In this document: in pieces, positions 20,226 to 29,028 of the stretch
How the letters are laid out: every line of letters begins with the position of its first letter
How positions within the stretch are numbered: position 1 is the stretch's first letter
Virus record (IMG/VR): IMGVR_UViG_2895532408_000002
Span: 1-64,000 of that record
Source: a virus
Taxonomy: Duplodnaviria; Caudoviricetes
Direction: 5' to 3' (one strand)
DNA: 64,000 nt
Notes under the pieces: model-generated
What the model saw: only the letters and a program-made list of their open reading frames with translations
What the model was told of the DNA's origin: nothing
Database searches by the model: none
Position numbers and translations under genes: made by a program

Positions 20226-20507
20226 TTAGCTTATTAATTGACCTTCGTCAACTAATGTTGCAATTTCTTTTTCCGCGTCGTCTAAGAACTTTCTTATTGT
20301 CGCGATACTTTCCGTTGCTTCAGTTAGGAAAGTTTCTAGGTCTTTACCTTTAAGGTTCTGAAGTATTTGCTGCATCTTGAGTAGTGTGTACTCCATCTGA
20401 TGCTCAGCTTGGTCCGAGGGATTTTTCAACGCCTTAGAATAAAAATCTAATTGCGCCTTGATCAGGGCGGGGATAACTTTCAGTTCCGATGGCTCAAACT
20501 GTGGCAT
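20226..20507 (-). CDS. Hypothetical protein
   Basis: 93-aa ORF with GGAG RBS. Confidence 0.6.
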   Translation of the reverse strand: MPQFEPSELKVIPALIKAQLDFYSKALKNPSDQAEHQMEYTLLKMQQILQNLKGKDLETFLTEATESIATIRKFLDDAEKEIATLVDEGQLIS

Positions 20508-20589
20508 TTTTATTCTCCATAACTGTTTGATGGAACGCGTCGGTATACAGCGCGAGTTGTACCGCGAGTGCTACTTTTGTCTTTTGCAT
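20494..20589 (-). CDS. Possible 31-aa peptide (MQKTKVALAVQLALY...)
   Basis: AAGGA RBS; bridges helicase and next gene. Confidence 0.35.
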   Translation of the reverse strand: MQKTKVALAVQLALYTDAFHQTVMENKNATV

Positions 20590-20597
20590 AATGGTCC

Positions 20598-22076
20598 TTA
20601 AGCGGCTTGCATTATTGGGGTTACAAGATCAACCGTTACACCATCTTCAACCTGTGTACGGTCATTCGATTTATTTAACAGTTTTTTAGCTACGTGAAGC
20701 TCTAGGCCACCACGATAGACAAGCAAGGTAATTCTTACGGCTTTCTCTCGAACACCCCGAAGCGCTCTTCGATAGTTCTGGATAAACGTTGTGTCTTGCC
20801 AGTCAAAAGAGGTGAAGATCATGTGATCTACATGACCCCAGTTAAAACCGACTCCGGCAACTTCAGGGCTACAAATCAACACATCAATTTCTCCGTGGCG
20901 GAACTTGTGGTCTATTTCCCCGCGTCGGCTCGTAATACTGCCGTTTATATACTCCGCACGAAGACCCATTTTTTCGCATATCTTCTTATATCGTTTATGG
21001 GCCGCAACAACCGTTTCGAAGATAATTAAGGGTTCTTCGTTGAACTTGTGCGTCTCAAGGTGCTGCATGAGGTGAGCGTCTTTACCGTCAGAGTCGTTAT
21101 GCTTTAAACCGTACTCTTCAGGGCATTGCATGATCTTAAAGCATCGTTGCAGTGTTACCGCTTCGTTCTCAGCTTCTAAGAAATCATCTTCCAGTTCAGT
21201 AATCCCCTTTTGCTTAATGTCATTAAACGCTTTTGCTTGAGACGGTGACATAGTGCACATTTCGGCAACTATGATTTTCTTTTCCTTCCCGTAGGCCTGT
21301 TCATAGGTCACTCGACGACTATGCTTATCAATAAGTTCCTGTAGTCTGTCGTGGTTCTTCCACATAAAAGGCTTACCATATTCATCTAACATGGCGTGCC
21401 ACATCATGAAGTTGTTGTACGTTGGGTAGTACAAGGGATTGATTAACTTTAATCCTGGGTAGGCCGAACACAAACGACCATTAATAAACGTACCGGTCAT
21501 AATCAATAAATCGCCACCTCGTTTCATGTACTGGTACATTTTGTGGGTGCGCTGGGGACCGATAAACGTATTAGGCTTTCTGTAATGTGGTTCGCCATGG
21601 GTACTAAAGCCCAAGTGCCACTCATCACCGCAAAGGTGATACGTGTCTGGGTAACGCTCTACAATCTCTTTATGATTGTTGGCGAAGGCATCGAACCCCA
21701 TCATAAATACTTTGGTTTCTTTGTTCGCAAACTGCTTAGCGCGTTGAGCTGGCGTACCATCTATCACCATAATTTGGTGGGGCTCTAAATCTGACCACAA
21801 CAATAGTTCGTGGTAGTTCTTTACGAGCAAAGATTTCGGCATCGTCCAAATAACACGACCATCTTTAGAATGATGATAAACCCAGAGGCAACCCGCAGGG
21901 GTTTTACCCGTACCGGCCTCGGATAAATCCATAGAACGAGAGTTCGCCAAAGAAAAACCTAAGTGTTCGATTTGATAGGGGCGTAATGACAGTGAATCTC
22001 TTCGGTCATACACATCATTCATATCGAACCAGATTTCGTTAGCTGGCTGCTTTGGTATCTTTTGAATGTTGGTCAT
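20598..22076 (-). CDS. SF2 (SNF2-like) helicase
   Basis: LRPYQ, EAGTGKT, GDEWH, MTGT, GVGFN, QNYRRALR. Confidence 0.88.
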   Translation of the reverse strand: MTNIQKIPKQPANEIWFDMNDVYDRRDSLSLRPYQIEHLGFSLANSRSMDLSEAGTGKTPAGCLWVYHHSKDGRVIWTMPKSLLVKNYHELLLWSDLEPHQIMVIDGTPAQRAKQFANKETKVFMMGFDAFANNHKEIVERYPDTYHLCGDEWHLGFSTHGEPHYRKPNTFIGPQRTHKMYQYMKRGGDLLIMTGTFINGRLCSAYPGLKLINPLYYPTYNNFMMWHAMLDEYGKPFMWKNHDRLQELIDKHSRRVTYEQAYGKEKKIIVAEMCTMSPSQAKAFNDIKQKGITELEDDFLEAENEAVTLQRCFKIMQCPEEYGLKHNDSDGKDAHLMQHLETHKFNEEPLIIFETVVAAHKRYKKICEKMGLRAEYINGSITSRRGEIDHKFRHGEIDVLICSPEVAGVGFNWGHVDHMIFTSFDWQDTTFIQNYRRALRGVREKAVRITLLVYRGGLELHVAKKLLNKSNDRTQVEDGVTVDLVTPIMQAA

Positions 22077-22380
22077 AATGGTTAGTTAATTTCATCAAAT
22101 TAAGTAAATTAATCGTGGCCTGTTGACTGGCCCCTTTCTCGAGCAACGTTACAATCTCTTGTAAATCGTTTTTTAAGTTGGGGAACACTCTCTCAATAGG
22201 AAACTCGGTCTCACGAAGTATTTCGAGTAAAAAGCTCATAGGAACTTCTTTCGTCCCAGATAAGGCCAAAGAAACTTTGGCTTGATTGCTGTTTAGCGCT
22301 TCAGCAATATCTTTCTGGTTGCGACCTTTTTCTCGTATCGCATTCTTCATCAGCGCGAGTCTTTCTGAAAATTTCAACAT
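22039..22380 (-). CDS. Xre-family HTH regulator
   Basis: KGRNQKDIAEALNSNQAKVSLALSG. Confidence 0.75.
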   Translation of the reverse strand: MLKFSERLALMKNAIREKGRNQKDIAEALNSNQAKVSLALSGTKEVPMSFLLEILRETEFPIERVFPNLKNDLQEIVTLLEKGASQQATINLLNLMKLTNHYDQHSKDTKAAS

Positions 22381-22410
22381 GGCTATAGTGTCTCTTATCG
22401 TCAATTATTC

Positions 22411-23103
22411 TTATGCTACTTTGTCAAACGAACGGGTACCTTTGCAGTACTCGGATAATACGTAACTCCCCAAGTGCTCGAGGGGCAAGCTAATTAAATC
22501 TTGTAGTGGCATAAGTTCACTAAGTCTCGTTTCTAAGCGCTGAACGTGCTTAGGGAGCACAATAGAAGAGTCCCCACAAAAGATAACGGTTCGAGGTGAC
22601 GTTCTTGCAGCCGTAGCAAGCTTCAAGACCGATTCATTATCAGTGGTCTTCAAATCAACAAACACCATTGGGTGGATGTTGCTCTTATCGATGTGTTTGA
22701 TCGCGTGGTTCATGCTCACGGCGAATAAAGGCTTAACCCATGTATGCAATGGTGAGTTTAAGCGCTCTAAACACGCAAGCCATACCGCAGCATCCGGCAA
22801 TTGAGCTTCGTCGAGGAAGTAAATACTTCCATTAGGGATCGGTAGCATGGCTTGAACCAAAGGGTCGGCTACAATATTGTTGAATTTGCTTAAGTGAATT
22901 TTACTTAGCTTACGTGTCGCTAAATTCACATTGATATTGTGTGAGCACTGGTTTCGCAGTTGTTTAACTGTAAGGTTTGATTTGGTGCTCAGGCCTATGA
23001 AGTTCCAGCCGTGCGGACAAGTATCTTGGTAGATATAACTAACACCATCGTCCTCGTGGATACCATAGTGCCCGAGGGGTGCGGGTTCTTTTTGCAGTTG
23101 CAT
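22411..23103 (-). CDS. Hypothetical protein
   Basis: ATG after start motif. Confidence 0.65.
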   Translation of the reverse strand: MQLQKEPAPLGHYGIHEDDGVSYIYQDTCPHGWNFIGLSTKSNLTVKQLRNQCSHNINVNLATRKLSKIHLSKFNNIVADPLVQAMLPIPNGSIYFLDEAQLPDAAVWLACLERLNSPLHTWVKPLFAVSMNHAIKHIDKSNIHPMVFVDLKTTDNESVLKLATAARTSPRTVIFCGDSSIVLPKHVQRLETRLSELMPLQDLISLPLEHLGSYVLSEYCKGTRSFDKVA

Positions 23104-23129
23104 CGTCAATTTCCTGATTGTATGAGTAA

Positions 23130-23408
23130 TTAAAAATTAGCTTTGATAATATTTATTACCCCAGTGTTAAAGAATTCTGCCAGATTTTGTAAGTCTGTCA
23201 AAGTTATTTCTTTGGTACCTCGTCGTAAGCGACTGAAACTACTACCAGCCATGCTTAGTTTCTTTCTCAACGCTTCCCCCTCGTCTTCAAAGGTGAAAGT
23301 CGTGTGAAAGTCTATTCGCATCCCAATGGCTTTGTGTAGCGGGGATACAACCTCAAGTTGGAGCGAAACCGGCTCCAACTTGGGTTGGTTTTTAGTGTTT
23401 GACGACAT
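23130..23408 (-). CDS. Xre-like HTH protein
   Basis: LRKKLSMAGSSFSRLRRGTKEITLTDLQNLAEFF. Confidence 0.65.
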   Translation of the reverse strand: MSSNTKNQPKLEPVSLQLEVVSPLHKAIGMRIDFHTTFTFEDEGEALRKKLSMAGSSFSRLRRGTKEITLTDLQNLAEFFNTGVINIIKANF

Positions 23409-23685
23409 TATCGAGATTCGGGACGTCTAAGCCCGTCTTCTGGTAACGCGTTAAACGGTCTTGCATGGCCTCTATCTCCTTCACCAAATTATCTGGATAA
23501 GGTTGAGATACCCCTAGGGCATCGGCCATTGTGTTAGCGGACTCAATATCTTTCAACAACAATTGAAAGTTCGCACTTGAACCCAGATTGCGAAGCTGGG
23601 ACAACTCAGCTTGCACTCTCTTCAGTTTTAAGAGGTAATCCGCTCTCAGGTTTTGTGGCATGTTAGTTAGGTCCTCCAAAGTCAA
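23392..23685 (-). CDS. Hypothetical protein
   Basis: Overlapping operon ORF. Confidence 0.55.
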   Translation of the reverse strand: MTLEDLTNMPQNLRADYLLKLKRVQAELSQLRNLGSSANFQLLLKDIESANTMADALGVSQPYPDNLVKEIEAMQDRLTRYQKTGLDVPNLDNVVKH

Positions 23686-24317
23686 TAAAGTGCTAGGATA
23701 GTTTTTAAATCATAGTGTCTTGCCTGAACTCTCGTTCCAGTTACCGCTTCAAAATGATTTAACGGTAAACGGTACTTCCTAGCAAAGTACTGGCAATATT
23801 CACTACGCTTGGCAAGGTACTTTTGATATAGGTCCCCTTTAATTTCTTCTGGCCTACGTACACCATAGACACTTTCAAAGTAACTATAAACGTGTGCCGG
23901 AAGATGCCAATATCTTGAGGGATAGTGAAACATAGGGTTTGCCCAGTTAAGCGTTTCACTATCCATTGTCTTTTGTTTTCCTGGGGGCCAAAGCGGGTAG
24001 GTTATCAATAAATAATCAGGATAAATTAAACACCACATCATCTTACTGACCTGAATATTTATCTTTTGCCCCTTTACATCAATAACCAGACGAGACTTTT
24101 CTAGTCCCGTCTCAAGGTTCCCCCAAGTCTTTACATGCTGGAAGTCTTCCCGCGCCAACTTAAGTTCTTCATCCCAGTCTAAATCTGGGAACTTATTTGC
24201 AACATAGGCTTTCAGCTTTTTGTAAATAAGGTGAACAAACGGCGCATCAAAAGACTTATCCCAGTAGAACAAGCTACGTTGTAATCGAAAAACATTATCA
24301 CGACGTAGCTGAGCCAT
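23682..24317 (-). CDS. Hypothetical protein
   Basis: 211-aa ORF coupled to the ligase stop. Confidence 0.65.
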   Translation of the reverse strand: MAQLRRDNVFRLQRSLFYWDKSFDAPFVHLIYKKLKAYVANKFPDLDWDEELKLAREDFQHVKTWGNLETGLEKSRLVIDVKGQKINIQVSKMMWCLIYPDYLLITYPLWPPGKQKTMDSETLNWANPMFHYPSRYWHLPAHVYSYFESVYGVRRPEEIKGDLYQKYLAKRSEYCQYFARKYRLPLNHFEAVTGTRVQARHYDLKTILALY

Positions 24318-25492
24318 TACAGGTCCTCACGAATACGGGAATTAGTGATATGACAGGGTTTACCTTCTTTGGTGTATCCAAATGAGAATACGGTGAGTTT
24401 CTTACCAATATTCTTATGACCGTTTACAGCATGATCGTGTTTCTCATTCGCATCCCCAGGCGCCGTAACATCAAACGTTTTACCGTCCTCCGTTTGGCAG
24501 ACATAAATACCGACCTCGGTACCTAGGCGCTTATTAGGTTTACCCTTACGGATACCAATAATTTCAAACTCGGCGTCTTGTTCGTCTTTTCTCTTCATCA
24601 GCGATGAGCTGCGCTTATCCGTTTCGTAAGAGGCATTCCCTTGGCGAACCATCGTGCCTTCATAGCCGTTAGAGGTCCAAGCCTCGTGGTACTTGTCAAT
24701 ACCAGCTTGATCCATAACTTTGTAACACGCCGTTAGACACAGGGTAGGGTAAGAGCTTTCGGTTATACGAGAGTCCAAGTAATCAAATCTATCAGCGTAA
24801 GGAAGACCAAGAACAACATCATAAATATTGTACGACAGGTATTTACTGTCTTCTTGTGGCTTCTTGATAAGACTCGAAATATTTTCAAAGGCTTTACCAT
24901 GGCAGTAAAGCTCACCATCCAACGTTGTGCCATCCCAAATACCTGTATCGTAAAGGAACTGTAAGCGTTCCATGATGTGAACAACCGTAATTGGCTTACC
25001 ACCTCTTGAATAAAGAAATACCTTTTCATCTTGTACGGTTGCAAGGCAGCGGTGGCCATCCATCTTAGGTTGAACAAAAACAGGGAATTCCCAATCTTTT
25101 ACCTTATCAATCGGCTGGGCCAACATGGGTTTTACCAACCCAAGGGCATTTGTTACCGCGGCACCTTCTTCGGGTTGCTCTTCAACATAACCTTTATCGA
25201 GCTGTTTTTTTACTTTACTTTGTGCTTCAAAAACAGCTTGCATAAGTGGCGTGGTTTCGTTGCTGCGGCCAAGGTTCTTGCCTTCGGTGTAATCCGTTAG
25301 GGTTTCAACGCCCTTACCACCTATAACCTTGCAAGAGGTGACAAGCGTGCTGGCAGTCCCATCCGCATTAAGGGTAGTTTTGATATGCCAAGAGCCCACC
25401 TTTCCGCCCGAGTGGACTTTAAAGAGTGTTTGTTCAAAGCGAACGTCGGCATCTAAAGGAGTGGTGCTAGAAGTATTAGCGGGAATATTCAT
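24317..25492 (-). CDS. ATP-dependent DNA ligase
   Basis: QPKMDGHR motif I, LDGEL, YEGTMVR, LMKRK. Confidence 0.92.
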   Translation of the reverse strand: MNIPANTSSTTPLDADVRFEQTLFKVHSGGKVGSWHIKTTLNADGTASTLVTSCKVIGGKGVETLTDYTEGKNLGRSNETTPLMQAVFEAQSKVKKQLDKGYVEEQPEEGAAVTNALGLVKPMLAQPIDKVKDWEFPVFVQPKMDGHRCLATVQDEKVFLYSRGGKPITVVHIMERLQFLYDTGIWDGTTLDGELYCHGKAFENISSLIKKPQEDSKYLSYNIYDVVLGLPYADRFDYLDSRITESSYPTLCLTACYKVMDQAGIDKYHEAWTSNGYEGTMVRQGNASYETDKRSSSLMKRKDEQDAEFEIIGIRKGKPNKRLGTEVGIYVCQTEDGKTFDVTAPGDANEKHDHAVNGHKNIGKKLTVFSFGYTKEGKPCHITNSRIREDL

Positions 25493-25537
25493 ATCGTCAA
25501 TTTCCAAATTTTAAAGTTAAGCCCGTAGGCAGAGTTA

Positions 25538-25566
25538 AAACTACGCTTTCAACTTTTGTATATCAA
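25538..25566 (-). promoter_or_regulatory. Candidate sigma70 promoter of the replication operon
   Basis: TTGATA-17-TAGTTT in the AT-rich divergent intergenic region. Confidence 0.45.
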
Positions 25567-25723
25567 GTCAAAAACGAAGCTACATTATAAAAACACAATT
25601 AGATTGTGCTTTTAATATTTATTAAAAAAATCTACTTTCTTTAATTTATTTAATTGTTTAGAATTTATACGTCTTTATTTTGTAGTAAAAGATTTACACT
25701 ATGGCCCTGATGGAGTATTCGCC

Positions 25724-26044
25724 GTGTCGAAAAAAATTGACGATAACTTAGAACCACCTTGGGAGCTAGAGAGGCGTCGTCTCATAGCTCGTAAATTTAA
25801 AACTATGCGTCAGAATTACCGTCTGACTCAAGAAGAACTAGCTATTGCTGCCGACGTTCACAAGAACACAATCTCAAATGCTGAACGTTACGGCAAAATT
25901 TCATCTGAAGAATTCTATAAATACCAGCAAATTGCGAAGCGTGCTCACATGAAAAAGGGTCTCGGTTCTGTTGTGAGTAAGATTACGCTATCCGACATAC
26001 CATTCTCAGATTTTAAACGCTTTCTAGCGACCTTTTGGGAGTAA
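25724..26044 (+). CDS. Xre-family HTH regulator, candidate phage repressor
   Basis: RQNYRLTQEELAIAADVHKNTISNAERYG; GGAG RBS; divergent from the replication operon. Confidence 0.8.
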   Translation: MSKKIDDNLEPPWELERRRLIARKFKTMRQNYRLTQEELAIAADVHKNTISNAERYGKISSEEFYKYQQIAKRAHMKKGLGSVVSKITLSDIPFSDFKRFLATFWE

Positions 26045-26046
26045 TC

Positions 26047-26805
26047 ATGTACCGTCACTTCTTTACTCGATATGGGGGTAGATTCACACTATTCCTTACG
26101 TCTTTGCTAATTTTTACTTCTGTGTTAAACCGCTTTCTTGTTGAGGGACAGTGGGAATTGAAATCCTTATCTGACTTACTCAGTTATTACGCCGTTATGT
26201 TTTCGTGTATCATTATAGCTGGCGTAATGGTTCGTGGTTTTAACAACCGTATTGTTTTGGCCTTGATAATCATTGCGTCTATTTCAGAGCAAATAATCTC
26301 TAGCCTAATGTTTTCTATAAGTCCCACACTGCATACGGCTATTGCTATGACGTATGTGCCAGGGATTATCACCATGTTTTTGTATCAATATCGGGTACAG
26401 TTCCAGTTTTGGTTGGCAAACAAACTGATCCAATCTGAACGGTTTAGAAATAAAGGATTGTACTTATTAGATAAAACCGAAGACACCAATCTAGGAACAG
26501 CGATAAACATCATTAATAAATTAGGCTGGGTCGTCTGCTTTAGTATTGCGACGTACTATCATATCTTTACGATTCATTTTGGAATTCATGAGACTGGCCC
26601 ATTACTATATGGCTATCGTCTTGTAGATATCGAGTATGCTTTACACCTACCAAGCTTCTACTTTTTGTTTAATATCGTGTTCGTTACTCAGACAATTATG
26701 CTTCTAGGTTTACTCTTCCATGCCAGTATTCAGGAGTTCTATGTTAAGGACCTCGCTGGGTCGATACCTAAGAAACTTGAGGTACTATTTAAAAGAGCGG
26801 CTTAG
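26047..26805 (+). CDS. Polytopic membrane protein (about 6 TM segments), function unknown
   Basis: Six hydrophobic stretches; GGGAG RBS overlaps the end of the HTH gene. Confidence 0.8.
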   Translation: MYRHFFTRYGGRFTLFLTSLLIFTSVLNRFLVEGQWELKSLSDLLSYYAVMFSCIIIAGVMVRGFNNRIVLALIIIASISEQIISSLMFSISPTLHTAIAMTYVPGIITMFLYQYRVQFQFWLANKLIQSERFRNKGLYLLDKTEDTNLGTAINIINKLGWVVCFSIATYYHIFTIHFGIHETGPLLYGYRLVDIEYALHLPSFYFLFNIVFVTQTIMLLGLLFHASIQEFYVKDLAGSIPKKLEVLFKRAA

Positions 26806-26820
26806 CCGCTCTTTTCTTTT
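26791..26820. terminator. Bidirectional intrinsic terminator
   Basis: AAAAGAGCGGC-TTA-GCCGCTCTTTT between convergent genes. Confidence 0.85.
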
Positions 26821-26973
26821 TTAGAAACCGACTGTTGGCTTCTTAGGCTTAAGCGACTTTGTTTTAGGGTTGTCCGCGGGCTTAGGCACAACTACGTTAC
26901 TCTCAACATCAGCCATAGCCATTGTTGAACCCATACCAAGTACTAGCGCGATTGCGAATCCTAATTTCTTCAT
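26821..26973 (-). CDS. 50-aa secreted peptide precursor, not in the ORF track
   Basis: MKKLGFAIALVLGMGSTMAMA|DVESNVVVPKPADNPKTKSLKPKKPTVGF; GGAG RBS; Sec signal n/h/c regions with A-x-A site; stop abuts the terminator. Confidence 0.85.
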   Translation of the reverse strand: MKKLGFAIALVLGMGSTMAMADVESNVVVPKPADNPKTKSLKPKKPTVGF

Positions 26974-27065
26974 TGTGTTTCTCCATAAGAGGTTTAGTTG
27001 TTTTCTATGGAGTCAATTGCAATGCCTGTGCCTAAACGAAAGTCTAAGGTTTCAGGCTATAAGGA

Positions 27066-27116
27066 GTGATATACGAGGCGAAATGTTGCCATAGACCGGC
27101 AACATTTCGATATCAC
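27066..27116. other. Long hairpin separating the accessory operon from the peptide gene
   Basis: CGAAATGTTGCC-7-GGCAACATTTCG with outer GTGATAT/ATATCAC; no U-tract. Confidence 0.6.
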
Positions 27117-27954
27117 TATAGCAGTATTGGTAGTTCTGTTGCCAGTTCGCGACGTTTCAACAGCGGGACTTGGTTTTTTATCCAAGCTTTAATTTTTTCA
27201 ATTCGACTCTCCGCCCGACTTTCTTTGTGTCTAGCTACAATGGCCAAAGCCTCAGATAACGCCCAACCTTCACCGTTAGGGCCAATATACCCCCAGCAAG
27301 ATTCATCAATATCGTGACCTTCAATAACGTAACCATAGGCGTCACCCTCTAGATATGCCGCATATGTTTTTACTTCGCTGTCTAAGAATTCGTAGACCTT
27401 TTGAACACGTTCTTTTGTGAATCGATTAAAACCATACTCTTTACGGGCTTTATCTTTGCTAACGTAGATAAAACCGACTTGGCCAGAATCCCAAGAGCAC
27501 GAGAAACCACCCTATTCATCGTAATACCTGAATGGTCGTATAAGTAAAGCGGCAGGATAAAGTAGTATTTCTCAAGTCTTGCTGCAATCTTCGCCTCAAC
27601 CAATTCTTGGTACGACTTCGTACCTTGAGCATCCCAACTTGTTGAAGGCCAGTTATGTTCGAATCTTTCCAACATAGCTTCAAACCCTGGCTCAACGGCC
27701 TCAACCATCCCAATACGATAGTCGTCGTAGCTTACTGAAGGTTGTTCATCCCCTAAGTTATATCTCCTATGCCAGCAGACCATTGTGCCTACGTTGTCCC
27801 ACTCTCGAGGGCTTTCTATATCTCCATCCCGCTCAATCTTAATAGTGATATCTTTTATCTGTGTCTCAGACTCACCAATCAAATCAAGGGCCTCAAAAGC
27901 TATTCCCAACTTCTGGCAGTTTGTTTTCAGTTGTTTTGTTAATTCAGGGTGCAT
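27116..27954 (-). pseudogene. Hypothetical gene interrupted by a frameshift near 27510
   Basis: LYLYDHSGITMN continues as GFSCSWDSGQVGFIYV in another frame, open to TAG at 27116. Confidence 0.7.
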
Positions 27955-28013
27955 CGTCAATCTCCAACAAGTTAATTACAAAGGGGGGAGAACATTCCCC
28001 CCCTTTTTAAGGT

Positions 28014-28364
28014 TTAAATTTCGGTTTCGGGTTGGGCGTCGTACCAAGCCTCAACAACACGTAAACGAATCTCTTCGGGTATTTCTACCTTGTCCGCACA
28101 ACTCGTTATATATGAGTCTGGTTTCATGTTTTCAGTGAACACGAACAGAGTAGACTTTAGAGAGTTCCTAGCCCTTGACGCGGCCCCCATATCTATATCG
28201 TTATCAATAAAGACAACTTGGGGGGCTATCTCGTTACGATGAGCTTCAATGAACTCTTTAAGGCTCGGGTTTCGCAAACTCATATAACCTCTTACGCAAT
28301 GGCCTATGAAGGTCGCATTGATTTCTTCAAGTATTGCTTGTTTGTCTTGGTTACTAATTTGCAT
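28014..28364 (-). CDS. Hypothetical protein
   Basis: ATG after start motif. Confidence 0.65.
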   Translation of the reverse strand: MQISNQDKQAILEEINATFIGHCVRGYMSLRNPSLKEFIEAHRNEIAPQVVFIDNDIDMGAASRARNSLKSTLFVFTENMKPDSYITSCADKVEIPEEIRLRVVEAWYDAQPETEI

Positions 28365-28566
28365 CGTCAATTTCCTTTTTTGATCGGGTTAAAAATTCGC
28401 TTAGTGTGAGTCCTCGTATATCTTCAATTTGCTTTTGCAAATTCTTAATCGCCTCACTTTTGGCTCGGTGGAAAGTGACCCGTCCATCTTCTAACGCGGT
28501 TGGCATGTAATAGCCCTGCACAATATCTTTTGCCCTCAATAGGGTACCCAGGGATTTTTTACTCAT
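28354..28566 (-). CDS. Hypothetical protein
   Basis: Coupled ORF ending KEIDDAN. Confidence 0.55.
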   Translation of the reverse strand: MSKKSLGTLLRAKDIVQGYYMPTALEDGRVTFHRAKSEAIKNLQKQIEDIRGLTLSEFLTRSKKEIDDAN

Positions 28567-29009
28567 TCGCTGTCCCATCCCCAATTACGCGCTTCAGGGC
28601 AAACTCGCTCGTTTGTTACTGCGCTGTCGGTATAATTACTGAACCACTCGGCTAAAGCCGTTTCATCCAGTTCGGCCAAGGTATCCCAGTTGTAGATGGT
28701 TGTGCTTTCCTGCTCAAGGTAGAAACCATTTTCTTTGATATACTCTTTGCAGTGTTCAATCCATTCGTCCCAGTCTGAAATCCAGTCCATTTCTTCGACA
28801 TTAAGATACGCATTACCGAAAGGACGTCCGTTAATATCGTTGAAGGACTTTTGCCAAAACTCTTCGCTATCCCCGACGTTGCCCTCTAGTTCCGAAATTG
28901 TCTCTTTTAAAACACGAATAATCTCACTCTTCATCTTAGTCGTGTCGTCGGTGGCCTCTCCTGCGTGAGAGAGTGATAATTCAAAATCAAAATTACTAAT
29001 ACGGTTCAT
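28563..29009 (-). CDS. Acidic hypothetical protein
   Basis: ATG after start motif; D/E/W-rich. Confidence 0.65.
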   Translation of the reverse strand: MNRISNFDFELSLSHAGEATDDTTKMKSEIIRVLKETISELEGNVGDSEEFWQKSFNDINGRPFGNAYLNVEEMDWISDWDEWIEHCKEYIKENGFYLEQESTTIYNWDTLAELDETALAEWFSNYTDSAVTNERVCPEARNWGWDSE

Positions 29010-29028
29010 CGTCAATTTCCTCAGTTAA

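Noticed and set aside
26870-27094. 74-aa plus-strand ORF
   Set aside because: Antisense to the signal-peptide gene, which has the RBS, signal sequence and terminator
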